Assembly (NCBI GenBank): GCA_964016885.1
Contig: OZ024740.1
Location: forward strand, 323,020,001 to 323,084,000
Direction: 5' to 3'
DNA: 64,000 nucleotides
Origin: Eledone cirrhosa
Taxonomy: Eukaryota
Shown here: one piece after another, positions 1 through 15,474 of the stretch
Position numbering within the stretch: position 1 is the stretch's first letter
How the letters are laid out: the number at the start of each line of letters is the position of its first letter
Notes under the pieces: model-generated
Told to the model about the DNA's origin: nothing
What the model saw: the letters and a program-made list of their open reading frames with translations, nothing else
The model's database searches: none
Program-made: the position numbers and the translations under genes

Positions 1-360
<360 letters not shown>

Positions 361-855
361 GTGCGTATTTGAGTGTACGTGTCTGTATGTGTGTTCCCTC
401 CAATTTATCAATGATTGAAAAAGTTACAAGAAATTGTGTATTGAAAATAATATCGATTTGTTGTATGATTGAGGAAAAAAGTATTAAAATTAGAAATGAT
501 TGATTAGGATAGATTGATATTTTGTTGGGAACAGAAAAGACCTATTGTGTGGAATAAACATCATGGAAATAGGGGTTGATATTGAGGTGGAAATTCGCAT
601 ACAATAGAGGATGATTGGATTGTAATTGTGAGCCGTGGTGAAGCAACAATATTAGTACTTTAAAGAACAACTGAAATCATCTGATATTGTTGTCTAATAT
701 GATGGTATTTCAATGATAAGGTATTAAGATAGATATCTTCTGTAATGGCGACAATGTAGTCATGTCTCTGATTGATATATTTTCAGATATTTGTAGATAA
801 CAATAGCAACAGGATATACTATTTTGTTAATTGTATTAACTTATATATTTATCTA

Positions 856-965
856 CGTCGGATAGAATGCTTTGAAGTATTTGTTCGGCTTTCTGGGTTC
901 AAAACTAACCGAGGTTAACTCTGCTGTTCATCCTTTCAAGGTCGAATAAATAAAGTACCAGGCAG
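856..965 (+). mobile_element. SINE family A relic (similar relics at about 2505-2585, 29040-29145 and 52500-52820)
   Basis: GGGTTCAAAACTAACCGAGGTTAAC...TTCATCCTTTCAAGGTCGAATAAATAAAGTACCAG. Confidence 0.7.
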
Positions 966-1737
966 ATACTTGAGCGTCGATTCTTCTCCTCTCCTTCCTT
1001 CTTTCTTAATTTCTTTCTTTCGGTCATTCTTTCTTTCTTTCTTCCTTTCTTTCTTTCTTTCTATCTTTCTTTCTTAATTTCTTTCGTTCGTTCGTTCGTT
1101 CGTCCTTTCTTTCTTTCACTCTCAATAACACGCCTCTTTCTCCTTCTCTAGAAGAAGCCGGTTGTGTTCGGACACGGAAAAGGGGTGGCCTCCTCGAGGT
1201 TTTGAAAAAATTCCGAAGACACGCCATATATATATTCCTACAGCACATTTACGACTCCCTCAGGAGTTACGGGTCCTTACACACATATATTTCTCTAGCG
1301 GACACTGTAGTCTCTACGTGATCACAGGACTTGGTAGAACCAAATATCCTTTAAATAATATATTACCATCTCTGAAAGCAGGACACATTGAATAATATAG
1401 TCATAGGTATTTTACATTTGAAAAAAAGGAGACAAGATATTCATGACTAGAATGATATTGACCAAAGGCTCCCTCGTCGATAGCTTATGAGATTAAATAG
1501 CAGTTATTCTATATTTAGTACGCCAAGGTAAAGGGAAATTATCCAAAATGTTGAGAGGATTGCTCTAACTTGACAAGTAAAGAACTACATAGCGAGTAAA
1601 TTTGTGACAGTACACTGGATCTTAATCAGACGAGTGTTTCAGTAGATTCGATCAACGGTAGAGCTTAACAGTGAAATTACCGTGTAAGTGACTGAGCACT
1701 CCACAGACACATCTAATCTTAATGTAATTCTCAGCTA

Positions 1738-1846
<109 letters not shown>

Positions 1847-2323
1847 CTCTGTTATGGACAGAAACACACATACACAATACACCTCTACATTTACCTTCAC
1901 AGCTCTGTACGGACCAACATTTAACACGCTCGCACACACATATATACGTGCGCGCACACGTACAGCTCGATATACACACCCTTCGTTTTCTTTTCAAATA
2001 GACGCGTTCGATTACCACCTTTAAAAACAAGATTATCATGAATGGACCTGTTATTTTTCCCTTACAAATGCTTTTTTCGTTTCCGCCACTGATCGACTCC
2101 TCAATCATTCTATTTCTTTTTTAATTTCTCATTCTATTTTCCGATGTAGGAATAGCGTCTGAAATGTTAAGACTCTTTTCCTACTATATCAAGCGTAAAA
2201 CTAATATATTTCTTCATCGTATTGTGTCGTTCGCTTTGTTGTTTCTGTTTGCCGTTTGCATACCTACCTACATATATACATACATACATAATTCGAATGA
2301 AAAAATACTGTATCTATGTTAGA

Positions 2324-2461
<138 letters not shown>

Positions 2462-2651
2462 ATGCCAGAGTCGTAACAACGTTGCAAATGTTTTCCGTAG
2501 CCCTGTGTTTGAATTCAATTCCCACGGAATTCCACTTTGCCTTTGATTCTTTGCGGGGTCGATAATGAAATTATCAGTACAGTACCCATGCAGCCCACTC
2601 TCCTCCCAGCCCTATCGAAAGAAGGATGTCGAAAGCATACCAGTAGCTGCA

Positions 2652-2702
<51 letters not shown>

Positions 2703-2923
2703 AACGGTACATTTTTGTTTCTATGTATAGGAATATATCTTTTATTTTCTTTACAATATATATACAAGAGAGATTGTACACAAACAAATGCATGTATACA
2801 TATATTTTATAGATATGCATATGCATTATTGAAAATGTATATTCATAAATGCCTGCATAAGTGCCAAGATAAATAAGTTCATTTGATTGCACTCGCACAT
2901 ACACGATCTCTCTACCTTTCTCT

Positions 2924-2992
<69 letters not shown>

Positions 2993-3006
2993 TATATAAA
3001 TATACA

Positions 3007-3040
<34 letters not shown>

Positions 3041-3069
3041 AATATATATATATGTATATATATATACAT

Positions 3070-3188
<119 letters not shown>

Positions 3189-3205
3189 TATATATATATT
3201 AATAT

Positions 3206-3291
<86 letters not shown>

Positions 3292-3313
3292 ATGTATATA
3301 TATATTATAGATA

Positions 3314-3396
<83 letters not shown>

Positions 3397-3478
3397 AATA
3401 TATATATATATATATATATATTTCTATATACATATAAATGCGTGTATGTGTGATTCTGTATATACTTACATATATACA

Positions 3479-3512
<34 letters not shown>

Positions 3513-4517
3513 CATGTATGCATTTCTCACATGCAAAGCAGCGTTTTAACATGATATATACTTAATAGACCCGAATGACGTGTGAGACAAGAAATATACA
3601 TAGACACACATATCTATATATGTGTGGGCTTATCATTCTCGGAATGTATTTATATGTATCTGCATATACGTTCTGGATGTAAGCCGAAGTCAAGATATCT
3701 GTATTTATATATGTCTATGTGTGTTTGTGCCTGTGTGTGTCTATGTCTATTCGTGTCTAAATATGTGCAGGCCTATGTCCATGTATAGATATATATATGC
3801 ATGTATTTGTAAGTGTGTGAATATGTATATGTATGCATGTAAATGTGTGCGTCTATGGGTGTATATCAATACGTATACATTACCTGTAGGTATCTGTGTG
3901 TGTGTGTGTACTTTCTCGGAATCCAACCAAAGTAAACACTAACCAACATTCAACTGGGAACCGTTTACATTTTTTTTTATTGATTTTTATCTCTGTTCAA
4001 CAACTAAGAAAATATCAGATATAAAATATTCGCTCAGTTTTAAGACATTTCATTCAAAAGTCTATATATAATTATGTTTTGACATGTTCTTAACACATTC
4101 GATTGAAACTGCTGTTTAAAACAGGCTTTCATTTAAAACACTGCCATACAATGACTTCATATCACATCGTAATAATGGGAGACGGAGCACTAATAACAAC
4201 AACAAAAATATGATGATCGAAGTAGTAATAATAATAATGGTGAAAATAATAATAAAACATAACAATAATAATAATGTTTTCTTTATTAACCACAAGGGTT
4301 TACATAAAGTAGACATTAAGGACAGTACAGGACAATACAGGACGGTACAAATGGGCATTTCTGCGTGTAAAAAACAGAGGATGAAATAAAATACCAAAGA
4401 AAAATTCCCCAATAGGGGGGAGACTTCCGAGGGACATTTGTGGAGAAAGCCCAGTAAAAGGCCACAGTGACCCTGACCACCAAGGCAAGTGCCCTCTCCC
4501 AGTTTTCCACCTTTAAT

Positions 4518-7500
4518 TTACATACACATACTCAGAGTAGGCCCATTCACTCGGGCCATTCTTGCTTCTCTCACCCATCTTTCAACAAAATGCTGGGAAG
4601 AGAGCACTTCCCTCTCTACTCTGATTTTCCTTTTCAAATGAAATTTGAAAAAGTCAATCAGGGCATCACCGAAGAGGTAAGTGCTCGTCTTCAGCCCTTT
4701 CAAACGTGTCCACCATACTATCTCTTTCGCCATGGCCACCAGACAGATAAAAACTGCCTGCCCTTCCCAGCTAAAGGAAGAGGGCGGGGCAATCCTCACG
4801 ATGGACTCAGATGATAGCTGGATCCGTCCTACACGCGACAGCAGGTGTTCGACATAAACCCACAAGTCAGCAATTTTCGGACACTGGACGAGTGCGTGCA
4901 GGACGGTTTCGTCGCCCTGCGCGCATCTCGGACATGCCCGGCTGACGGCATCTCCATGCCTGTAGAGTTTATCCCGAACTGGCAAGGCTCCTCGGTAGCA
5001 CTACCAGGCCAGAGATTTCTGGAAGTTGTCCATAGGTCCCGGCCCGAAAGTTCTTCCGAAGAGAATGGCTAGTAGATTTTCGTCGACGCCTAGAGTTTCC
5101 CCAAGTACGTCGTCGCTCTTCCCCTCCACTAATACTCTACAGAACGCCGAGGTGGAGTTTCCACTGATCACATTGCCCGATTGGTCGAGGGCTGTGAGCG
5201 CTTGAAGACATTCCAGTCTCCAGGCGCTCCCTCTCGGTCTTCGCTTGACCCAGGACTGCAGCTCCGTCAAGGAAACGAGCTGGGGAAATACGTGTCTAGC
5301 AAACGGCGACCACACCTGATCACCGTCGAGGAAGAGGTGGAGATGTCGTAGCCTGAGCACGTGTCTGCGCATCATCAGCCACAGCATGCCCATCCCTCCA
5401 CGTAGCGAGTGTTGACAGCAGATGGACCGCCTGACCATCGGAGCGCGTCCCTTCCACAAAAAGCGAAAGAGCAAACGCTCCAGCGCAGTCAGGCGGGGCT
5501 TAGGACAAGGTACGACGGTCAGGCGGTAGCAGATGACAGACGCGATGTACGCGTTAGCCACCTCCGCTCGACCTTTCAGGGATAGCTTGCTCTCCGCCCA
5601 TTTCTGGGTAAGAGAAGCCATCCTGCTCGTCACCTCGTCCCAGTTTTTGTCCGTCTGGAGGTCCGGACCGAACCAGACCCCTAGCAATTTAACCGGTCCG
5701 TCCGTCCAGCGTCCGACGACGCTGTTGGACGGCATGGACCTGCCTCTCCAGGTGCCGAGCTGCAGGCCCACTGACTTTTCCTGGTTGATCATTGCTCCTG
5801 TCACCGCTTCGTATTCTCTTAGTGTAGTGCCGATCGCCTCGATGTGTTTGGCGTTCGCAACCACTACGGTGATATCGTCCGCATATGCTGACACGGATCT
5901 TCCGCATCCTAGTTCGCGCGGGACGCCCCTCAACGTCTCCAGTTTGTGCAGTAATGGCTCGAGAGTCGATACGTACAAGAGGAAGGAGAGCGGACATCCT
6001 TGGCGGACCGAGCGGCGCATGATGTTGAACGGTTCCGAAAGGTGACCGTTCACTCTCACCACAGAGCAGATGTCGCTGTGCATGGCAGCGATCCAGCCTC
6101 TGAAGACTGGCCCAAAGCCAGCCGCCCTCAGGACTGCCGCTAGGTAACGATGGTTGACCCTATCGAAAGCTTTCGACTGATGTAAATTGATCAAGGACCC
6201 ACCCGTGCCAGGTTCCCTAGCTACACTCTCTACGATGTATCGCATGAGGTGGAGGTTGTCGTGGATTGATCTGTCGGGAATGGCGCATGTCTGCGCCTCT
6301 CCCACCAGACCACCAACGACAAGCGCCAACCTCTTTGCTAGCACCTTGGCCAAAATCTTGAACTCTGTGTTTAGCAGAGTTATGGGCCTGAAATTATCTA
6401 TGTTATCCCCTTTGTTCGGATCCTTTCTCAGCAGTGCCACCGCCCCTCGGCTCACAGAGCTGGGAATTCTCCCGTTCTGTTGCCAGTTGCAGTAGACGTC
6501 CGCCAAGAGGCCTCCGAACAAGTCTGGCATCTGTACGTAAAGTTCATAGGGCAGACCATCCAACCAGGCGATTTACCCCTTGTGCAGTCAGTCATTGCCT
6601 CCCGTACTTCAGCGGCTGTTATCGGCTTTTCGCAACACTCCGCCTCAGTGGCCGAGAGCCGCGCCAGTCCGTCGAGGTAGACACTAAAGTCCATCCCTCG
6701 ACCCAGCCCACCGCTGCTCCCGAACAGCTGAGCGAAGTGTCGCTGAAAAGCTTCACACATTTTCCCGGGATCGAGTAGCATGCGCCCGTCGTGGTCCACC
6801 AAAGACCGGATCGTGGCTTTGTTGCCACGACGCGCTTCCGCCACTCGGGCCCATTGAACGGCTTTCGTCCCCTCGTGTCTGAGAGCACGCACCCTAGCCC
6901 TGACAACACAGCCTTCGTGCTTTGCATTGAAGAATTCGTCAAGGGCCAATTTTGCCGCAAGCACGTCGTTCGCGATGCCTTTGCTAAGCGCCTCGTCTAA
7001 TTTTCTAACTAGTTCTCCCTCTGCTCTATTTTTCTCTATTGCTAAAGCCTTACTAAACCTAATGGATTCTATTCTAATCGCCCTTTTTAGAGCAAACCAC
7101 CACTTTTTGTTGACGATGGCCCCCGTCAACGCCCGCTTAACTAGTTCGCTAATCCGGTCTCTGTAGGCCTTGCGCGCTGGTAAGGACGCGTTTAGCTTCC
7201 AGTAGCCGGGACCTCGTCTATGAGGCCTATCTAAGTCAAGCACGCAGATCACGAATTTGCGGTCCGTGTAGCTGACTATCTTGAATTGTGGACAGCCTAT
7301 GCTAGACCTATCTATTTCCCTACCAAATACTCTATCTAGATATGATCTGCATGACCCTATGCGATTTGTCCAAGTCCACATTGGCACATTCGGGAAATCG
7401 AATCGGTACCTGTCAGACAGTTCAAAACGCCTGAGTAGGTTGGTGAGGCTCTTGCACCCTCCACCCCTATCCGCTAATCCCACACAGTCCGAGCGTGCAT

Positions 7501-7938
7501 CTAAGATCCCTTTCCAGTCGCCCACTAACACTAAAGAGAGGGGCGTTCCAAGAAAGGTCTCCAGACACCGGAAGAAATCAGGCCGCCCTGCTCCTGTCGG
7601 GGCATAGACGGCCACTAGCCTGAAAGCTTGCCCGTCTCCGCTGATCACGTCCAGCACCACCAACTTACCCTCTGGGTCCAGGAAGATGGCCCGTATGGTG
7701 AGATCCAAACCTCTCCTAAAAAGCACAGCAACTCCTCCCCCGATCCAGGACGGCTGGGAGATGCGTACACATCGTAGCCGCCGAAGATCGGTGCGAAGGC
7801 CCGTGCTTCGGAGATTCTGGTCTCGCTGATGACCACTACATCTATGTTTAGTGACCTGAGGTCGTTGAGCAGGTGACCCTGTTTCCATGACGACCCCAAG
7901 TCACGCCGATTTATGCTGCCTATTCTGAGTGAGGTCAT
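4518..7938 (-). pseudogene. Tx1 LINE ORF2: APE endonuclease, reverse transcriptase and C-terminal zf-RVT-like region, disrupted
   Basis: APE motifs (IGSIN, VVISET, LVGDW, SYLDRVF, YTDR), GPGYWKLN, RT motifs (FRPITLLN, KAFDRV, VRQGCPLS, AYADD) and CPRCAQGDETVLHALVQC. Split over four ORFs by frameshifts and stops. Confidence 0.93.
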
Positions 7939-7973
7939 GTTTAAAATGGAGTAGAAAAGATGGGAAAGACCAC

Positions 7974-10154
7974 TTACCGTACTTTTCGTAGAGGAAGGAT
8001 GGTTTCTCCATCCCTTTTCACTTGATCGTCTGGTGGAGGGACCGTTGAATCGTCCCTTCGGCTGCTCGTCGGCTCTTCTATGAGTATGTCCGAATATACT
8101 CTCCGGTTGAGAGTCCCTCCTTGGTCTCTGAAATCACCAACTGCGTTGGGGAATTTCGTTTTAATGTTTGTGTATTGTTTCTGTGCTATTTTTACCAGTC
8201 TTATGTTCGTTGGCGTTTTGATTGGGGCTGGTATTATGTAGTCGTGCTGTGAAATGTCTGTGTGTTCAATTATGTAAGTCATTAGTTTCTTGTTGTGTGT
8301 ATTTATTGCCGTGCATTTGTTTTTCTGGGGGTGGGGTGTGGTTCTGCTATTTTCTTGTCGTTGTTGCTGGGTGTGTGTGTTTTGTTGTTGTGTTTGCGAT
8401 GTTGGTGCTTGTGGTGGTGGTGTTGAAGGTGTTGTTGTTGTTGGCGGTGGGGTTGTCGTCGGTGGTGATGGTGGTGCTAGTGTGTGTCGTGATGATGTTG
8501 GTGATGTTGCTGCTGTGAGTCTCTTTGCAGTAGCCTTTTCCCTTTTTTAATTTCTTTCCTCCCTTTTCGAAGGCGACGATGCGCTGCTTCTGCGTGTGTG
8601 CCTTCTTGCGACCTTTTGCCATCCCTCTCCCACCTCACACTCCATGTTCGATTCTGTGAGGTCGGGGAGGGGTACCAGCTCCATTCTTTCACTTGTGGTT
8701 GTTGGTGATGTTTGCAGTGGAGTCTCTGTTGCAGCTGCATTTGGTATTACTGTTGTTGTTGTTAATACTTCCACTGCCGCTGCTGTTCTTGATTTCCGTG
8801 GCGTGGGTATGGGTGCCACGGACCTATCATTCCTGGTTGCTGCTTGTCCTGCTGCTGGTAGCCGTGGAGTCGGTTTCGGAAGGAGGGGGTTTTCTTCTTT
8901 CTCAGGGTCTTCTCGTTGCAGAAGGCTCTGAGGTGAGTCTTCAATCAACAACGTAAGCAATTCGGGTGTTTGCCCTCAACACTTATGGGCAGTTGAGTGC
9001 CGTTATCGAAGTCTATCACATCCGGGATAGCTTCGATGCACTCCTGGTTGGTTTGGATTAACATCTCAATGGAGGTGCCGACCCAATCTTCTCTTACTTT
9101 TTTCTGTACTTGCAGTACAGTTGTTTTGTCCTCGATTCCGACGAGGACAGACGCGACCAGCGAAGAAGGGGCTATCCCGGGGGGGACGTGGGTCAGTTTG
9201 ACCCTCACAATTTTTTGCTCGCAGTAGGAGGGCACCAACACCATTTCCTCGCTCCTTAGGGTCACTAAGGATTGAGCCTTTGCCTCCTGGGGTGTGGCAA
9301 AAAGCACGTCTACGGTGGCATATTTTTTTGCCTCGGGTGATATGCGTTTTCCGCTGCCACACAGACCCTAAGGCTTTTTGTATTTGAGCCTCTGTGGCTC
9401 TTTCAACCCTACGGGATTTTGTGCTTACTGTACGGTACGTGACCGTACAGTGCTGTTGGGTTTCGAAAAAATTTTCGGCTGCCTTGCAGATTGCTCGGTG
9501 TCCGGTTTTCGTCACCATCTTCTTCGCTTCCTGTAATTCCTCATTTGTTATGAGGATGGTTTCCAGGTTCTTTGCGATACCTGCAAACGAGATTGGTTTT
9601 TCTTTGCTGCTGTTGTTGTTGTTGTTGTTGTCGTCAGAGCTGCTGTTACTTTTGTTGTTGCTGCAGGTACTACGACTACTGCCGCCGCCGCTGTTGCTGT
9701 GGTTGTTGTTGTTGTTGCTGCTAATGCTGTTGTTGTTGCTGTTGCTGCTAATGCTGTTGTTATTTATGGTGCTGCTGATGCTGTTGCGGCTGCTACTGTT
9801 GTTTTCCTCGTTACTGTTGCTGCTGCTGCTGTTATTACGGCTGCTACTGCTATTATTCATGACGTCAGACGAATGAAATGGGTTTTCGTATTTACCGCAC
9901 ACCTTTTTCGTCGTTGTCGTCGTCGTGGAGAAATGTTCCATGTTTTGCACGTGATTTTGGAAACTATTTTTCTTTACTGGCGTCGCTTGCGAAAGAGAAG
10001 GGAGGGAGAGAGACACATTTAGAGAAGGGAGGGAGAGAGACACATTTAGAGAAGGGAGGGAGAGAGACGATCTTCTCTCTGCTGTAGTGAGGATTGAGGA
10101 AGAAGAATACGGAATGAGTGGGAGTGACTTGTGAAAATTCTTTTTCGTAGCCAT
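7974..10154 (-). pseudogene. Tx1 LINE ORF1 (gag-like nucleic-acid-binding protein), frameshifted and with a premature stop
   Basis: Starts MATKKN at 10154. N/S-rich low-complexity region, then SFAGIAK. Zinc knuckle CLRC*LKTHLRAFC is split by an in-frame TGA (ORFs 8945..9307 and 8762..8944 are contiguous in frame). Homologous to ORF1 of copy 2 (CFLCGETTHLRAFC). Confidence 0.85.
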
Positions 10155-10446
10155 GTTTTTTTTGGGGTTTAAAATAAATATTGGGCACAAAACCCCAATA
10201 AGCGGTTATTTAACCCCGAAGGGCCAAATAACGGGCAGGAAGACCCCTCTCACGAGGAGGAGGGTGTTTTTGTCTACAGTTTGGTTAAAGTTTTAAACAA
10301 TTTACAATTGTTATATCTGTCAAAATTTACAATACCTTACAGAGCCGAGCCTCCGTCAACCATGGCATTCAATAATAATAATAATAATGTTATAGCAAAT
10401 AAAGTCGTTTCATTGTTTTCTTTCTTACTTACATTATTCATTAAGT

Positions 10447-10624
10447 GTGGATTGGCAGTATCGGTAGAGGGTCGGACGCCATGCTTTCCAGCATAGTTAC
10501 GTCCCTTTACGATCTGAGTTCAAATCCCGCCGAGGTTGACTTTGCTTTTCATCCTTATGGGGTCGATAAAATAAAGTACCACTGGGTAATTGCTGGCCTT
10601 GTGCCTAAAGTAGAAACAATTATT
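10447..10624 (+). mobile_element. tRNA-derived SINE, family A
   Basis: A-box-like TGGCAGTATCGG, B-box GTTCAAATCC, body TTTCATCCTTAYGGGGTCGATAAAATAAAGTACC, tail GGCCTTGTGCCTAAAGTAGAAACAATTATT. 14-bp TSD ATTATTCATTAAGT. Confidence 0.92.
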
Positions 10625-10730
10625 CATTAAGTAAAGATTGAAAAGAAAAGTTGAAAAGAAAATATTAAATAAAACAACAAAATAAGACACTATACATAAA
10701 GAAAGAAACATAAAATGAAATAATGCTGAA

Positions 10731-10968
10731 AGAGAGGAAGGAAGGTAGGAGAGGGGAAGTAAGAGAGAGAGGAAGGAGGGTAGGAGAGCGGAAGTAAGAG
10801 AGAGAGAGGAAGGAAGGTAGGAGAGGGGAAGTAAGAGAGAGAGGAAGGAAGGTAGGAGAGGGAAGTAAAAGAGGAAGTGAGGTAGGAGAGGGGAAGTAGG
10901 AGAGAGAGGAAGGAAGGTAGGAGAGGGGAAGGAAGAGAGAGAGGGAGGAGGTAAGAAAGATAGGGGAA

Positions 10969-11016
<48 letters not shown>

Positions 11017-11050
11017 GTAAGAAAGAGAGGAGAAGTAAGAAAGAGAGGGA
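10731..11050. repeat. Purine-rich minisatellite (about 33-37 bp) plus (GA)n
   Basis: GAGGAAGGAAGGTAGGAGAGGGGAAGTAAGAGAGA repeated about six times. Confidence 0.88.
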
Positions 11051-11499
11051 GTGAGGGGGAAAGAAAAGAAAGAAGAGATATATGGCAATCTCTCACCAAG
11101 ACATTTATATGAAATAAAAGTTGGCCAACAAGAAAATAAACATCAGAATAGACTATTTGATTTACTGATATTTCTGATGAACTGCAAAACCAGAAACGAT
11201 TCAGTCATCGCCATCAACGGCCATTAACAACAACACAGAATTGTGTACAACAACAATAACAAGGATAATAACTATATCAACTACTACAGCAACAACAATA
11301 TCATTTGGATGTACCAACAACAACAACAATAATAATAATATTAATAATAAGGATGATGATGATGATGATGATGATGGTGTTGATGATGATGATGATGAAG
11401 ACGATGGTGATGATGATGATGATGATGGTGTTGATGATGATGATGATCAAGACGATGGTGATGATGATGATGGTGACGATGATAGTGATGATAATGGTG

Positions 11500-11531
<32 letters not shown>

Positions 11532-11598
11532 GATGATGGTAATGATAATGGTGACGATGATGATGATGACGATGACGACGATGATGGTGATGATAAAA

Positions 11599-11802
11599 AT
11601 AATAATAATAATAATTGTGTCTACTTTTGGCACAAGGCCAGCAATTACCCAGTGCATTACTGGTACTTTATTTTATCGACCCCGTAAGGATGAAAGGCAA
11701 AGTTAACCTCGGCGGAATTTGAGCTCAGAACGTAAAGGGCCGTAACTCTATCCTGCAAAGCATGGCGTCCGACCCTCTATCGATACTGCCAAACCGTCGC
11801 CC
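11599..11802 (-). mobile_element. SINE family A
   Basis: Reverse complement of the same head, body and tail, with an (AAT)n tail on the plus strand. Confidence 0.9.
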
Positions 11803-12699
11803 TGCCAAACCAACAACCATAACGACGGAAACAACGACAGCAATAACAAGAATAACAACAACATTAACATCAATATATATATATATCAACAACAACAACA
11901 ATATTACCAACATTCTTATCATCATCAATAACAACAATAACAACAACAAAAACACCATTAACAACAACAGTACTAACAACATTCCTATTATCATGATCAA
12001 TAACAACAATAACAACAAAAAGCACCATTAACAGCAACAGTACTAACAACAAGATGGACGACAATATTTGAAGCAACAGTTACGATATATATAAACATAA
12101 TATTCTGAAAGCTTAAAAAAGAAAACAAAATAAAATGAGCATAAACGAAAAACACACAGAAAACACGCAAAACACACAAAACACACACACAAACACACAC
12201 ACACACACTCTCTCTCTCCCTCTCACACACACACACAGACACTCACAGGAACACACAAACACAGACAGACACATACACACAAGCACGCAAACACACACAG
12301 ACAGACACGGAGGCGCGCACACACTTAAACCGAGAAGCACACACAAACAAACACACACAGAGGCGCACAGACACACACACAGAAGCACACTGACACACAG
12401 ACACATAAACACACAGACACACACACATACAGGCATACACTTACACACTCACAGACACAGAAACAGATATACACACTCATACAAACACACAAACACGTCC
12501 ACTCAGGTACAAACACACATACAGACACAGACACACACACACTGATACAAACACACACGCTCATGCAAACACACACACACACTATACCCCCCCCCCATAA
12601 CACAGCTAACACACACAAACACCTAGAATGTACTATCATCATTTTTATTGCTGATGTACTTCAGGAAAGTTAAACAGTTAAAGACCTTGAAAGCTTTTA

Positions 12700-13030
12700 T
12701 TATTTATATATATTTTAGATTTTATATTTCATATTTTATATATATTTTATATTTCATATTTTATATTTTACATATATATTTTATATTTTATATTTTATAT
12801 ATATTTTATATTTTATATTTTATATTTTATATATATTTTATATATATTTTATATTTTATATTTTATATATATATTTTATATTTTATATTTTATATATATT
12901 TTATATTTTATATATATTTTATATATATTTTATATTTTATATTTTATATATATATTTTATATTTTATATTTTATATATATTTTATATTTTATATTTTATA
13001 TTTTATATATATATTTTATATTTTATATGT
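12700..13030. repeat. (TATATTT)n heptamer low-complexity tract, followed by (CTT)n at 13078-13146
   Basis: Direct reading. Confidence 0.9.
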
Positions 13031-13595
13031 TATAGAACATTTTTGTTTAATAAAAGGTAGAATAAAGCCAGAAACATTTCTTCTTCTTCTTCTTCTTCTT
13101 CTTCTTCTTCTTCTTCTTCTTCTTCTTCTTCTTCTTCTTCTTCTTCTGTTGTTGTTGTTAATATTGTTACTATCATCACCATCCTCCTCTCATCATCATT
13201 ATCAACATCTTCCTCATCCTAATCATCACCATCACCATCATGATCATCACCACCAACAACACCAACACCATCATCATCATCATCATCACCAACATCACAA
13301 AACAACGTCACCACCGCCATCACCATCATCACTGACACCACAACCATCATCACCACCAACACCCTCACCACCGCCACCACCATCCCCCCGTCCCCCCATC
13401 CCATCCCCACCCCCACCAACACCACTATCACCGTTATTGTTCTTATTAATTGCAATATTACTAATAAGATAAGATAAGATAAAAATAAAAATATTAACAA
13501 AAAAAAAATTCAAGAAAACTAAGCAGAAATGAAAAGATTTGTACGAATAGATAAAATTGATGTTAAATTAAATCTGGAAGTGACTATATTTGGTT

Positions 13596-13663
<68 letters not shown>

Positions 13664-13681
13664 AACCAAATATATATATAT

Positions 13682-13713
<32 letters not shown>

Positions 13714-13801
13714 TTTATATATATATTGATATATATATAAATATATATATATATTTATATATATATATATTTTTATATATATATATATGTGTGTGTGTGT
13801 G

Positions 13802-13893
<92 letters not shown>

Positions 13894-13910
13894 TATATAT
13901 ATATTTATAT

Positions 13911-13975
<65 letters not shown>

Positions 13976-14088
13976 TATATATATATATTGATATATATAT
14001 AATCCACATACATACATACGTACTTATATAAATATATATATATGTATATATAGAGAAAGAGAGTAAGAGAGATAAATATATATATATG

Positions 14089-14195
<107 letters not shown>

Positions 14196-14383
14196 TCCAC
14201 ACACATACATACACACACACATTCATACATACAAAGATACATACATATATATATATGTATATATTCATATATAGATAAATGAAGAAATAAATATATATAA
14301 ATGTACGTAAGCATGTATGTATGTGTATGCATCTATCTATTCATTTATTTCAAACCTCTCCCCCCATCTCCCTCTCTCTTTCA

Positions 14384-14550
<167 letters not shown>

Positions 14551-14657
14551 TATGGAATAAGTAGATAGATAGCCATGTCTGTGTGGTTGTATACGCACAC
14601 ACACATATATATATGTATAAATATGTATATATATATATATATATACATATATATGTA

Positions 14658-14720
<63 letters not shown>

Positions 14721-14782
14721 ATATATATACATATATACATATATATATATATATACATATATATACACACACACATATATAA

Positions 14783-14885
<103 letters not shown>

Positions 14886-15262
14886 TATCTACACACACAC
14901 ACATATATATATATGGGTGTATGCTTACGTGGTATAATCCACCGTTATTTTCTCTAACAATCAGTTGGTTCACTGTTCCGTTGACAGGTGGAAGGAGATA
15001 AAATAAGAAACTGCTGCAAGTTGATGTGTCTTTAAGTAGAATCGAAACTGCTATAGTCTTGTTATTGGGTATTTGCTTTATTTGCAGATCTACAAAGAAT
15101 TTATTGATATTTCAGATTAACGGTTATTCTTCGCAGGGTCTGCATTCATAGATCTCTTATATCGATCCACTTATCCGTCAAATATAACGTGTGTGTCTGT
15201 ATATATGTAAATCTGTCCGTTTATATATGTTAATAGTTTATGTGCATGTGTATGTATGTGTT

Positions 15263-15294
<32 letters not shown>

Positions 15295-15332
15295 TATATA
15301 TATATATGTGTGTGTATGTGTATATATATATA

Positions 15333-15372
<40 letters not shown>

Positions 15373-15381
15373 CACACACAC

Positions 15382-15419
<38 letters not shown>

Positions 15420-15430
15420 TATATTTATAA

Positions 15431-15474
<44 letters not shown>

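Larger units (their letters stand above)
4276..10369 (-). mobile_element. Tx1/L1-clade non-LTR retrotransposon, full length but inactivated (copy 1)
   Basis: ORF1 with CCHC knuckle, then ORF2 with APE, RT and C-terminal Cys motif. The 3' end reads CCCTTGTGGTTAATAAAGAAAAC(ATT)n on the element strand. Flanked by a 13-bp direct repeat CAATAATAATAAT at 4263-4275 and 10370-10382. Confidence 0.93.

Noticed and set aside
5533-6045. Antisense ORFs over the LINE ORF2s, similar in both Tx1 copies
   Set aside because: They are shadows of GC-rich sense coding sequence, and their similarity follows from sense-strand homology.
10450-10530. tRNA genes at A/B-box motifs
   Set aside because: There is no cloverleaf, and the boxes belong to SINE heads.
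11174-11200. CTGATGA...GAAAC hammerhead-like motif
   Set aside because: Stem II is out of register and there is no stem III or stem I.
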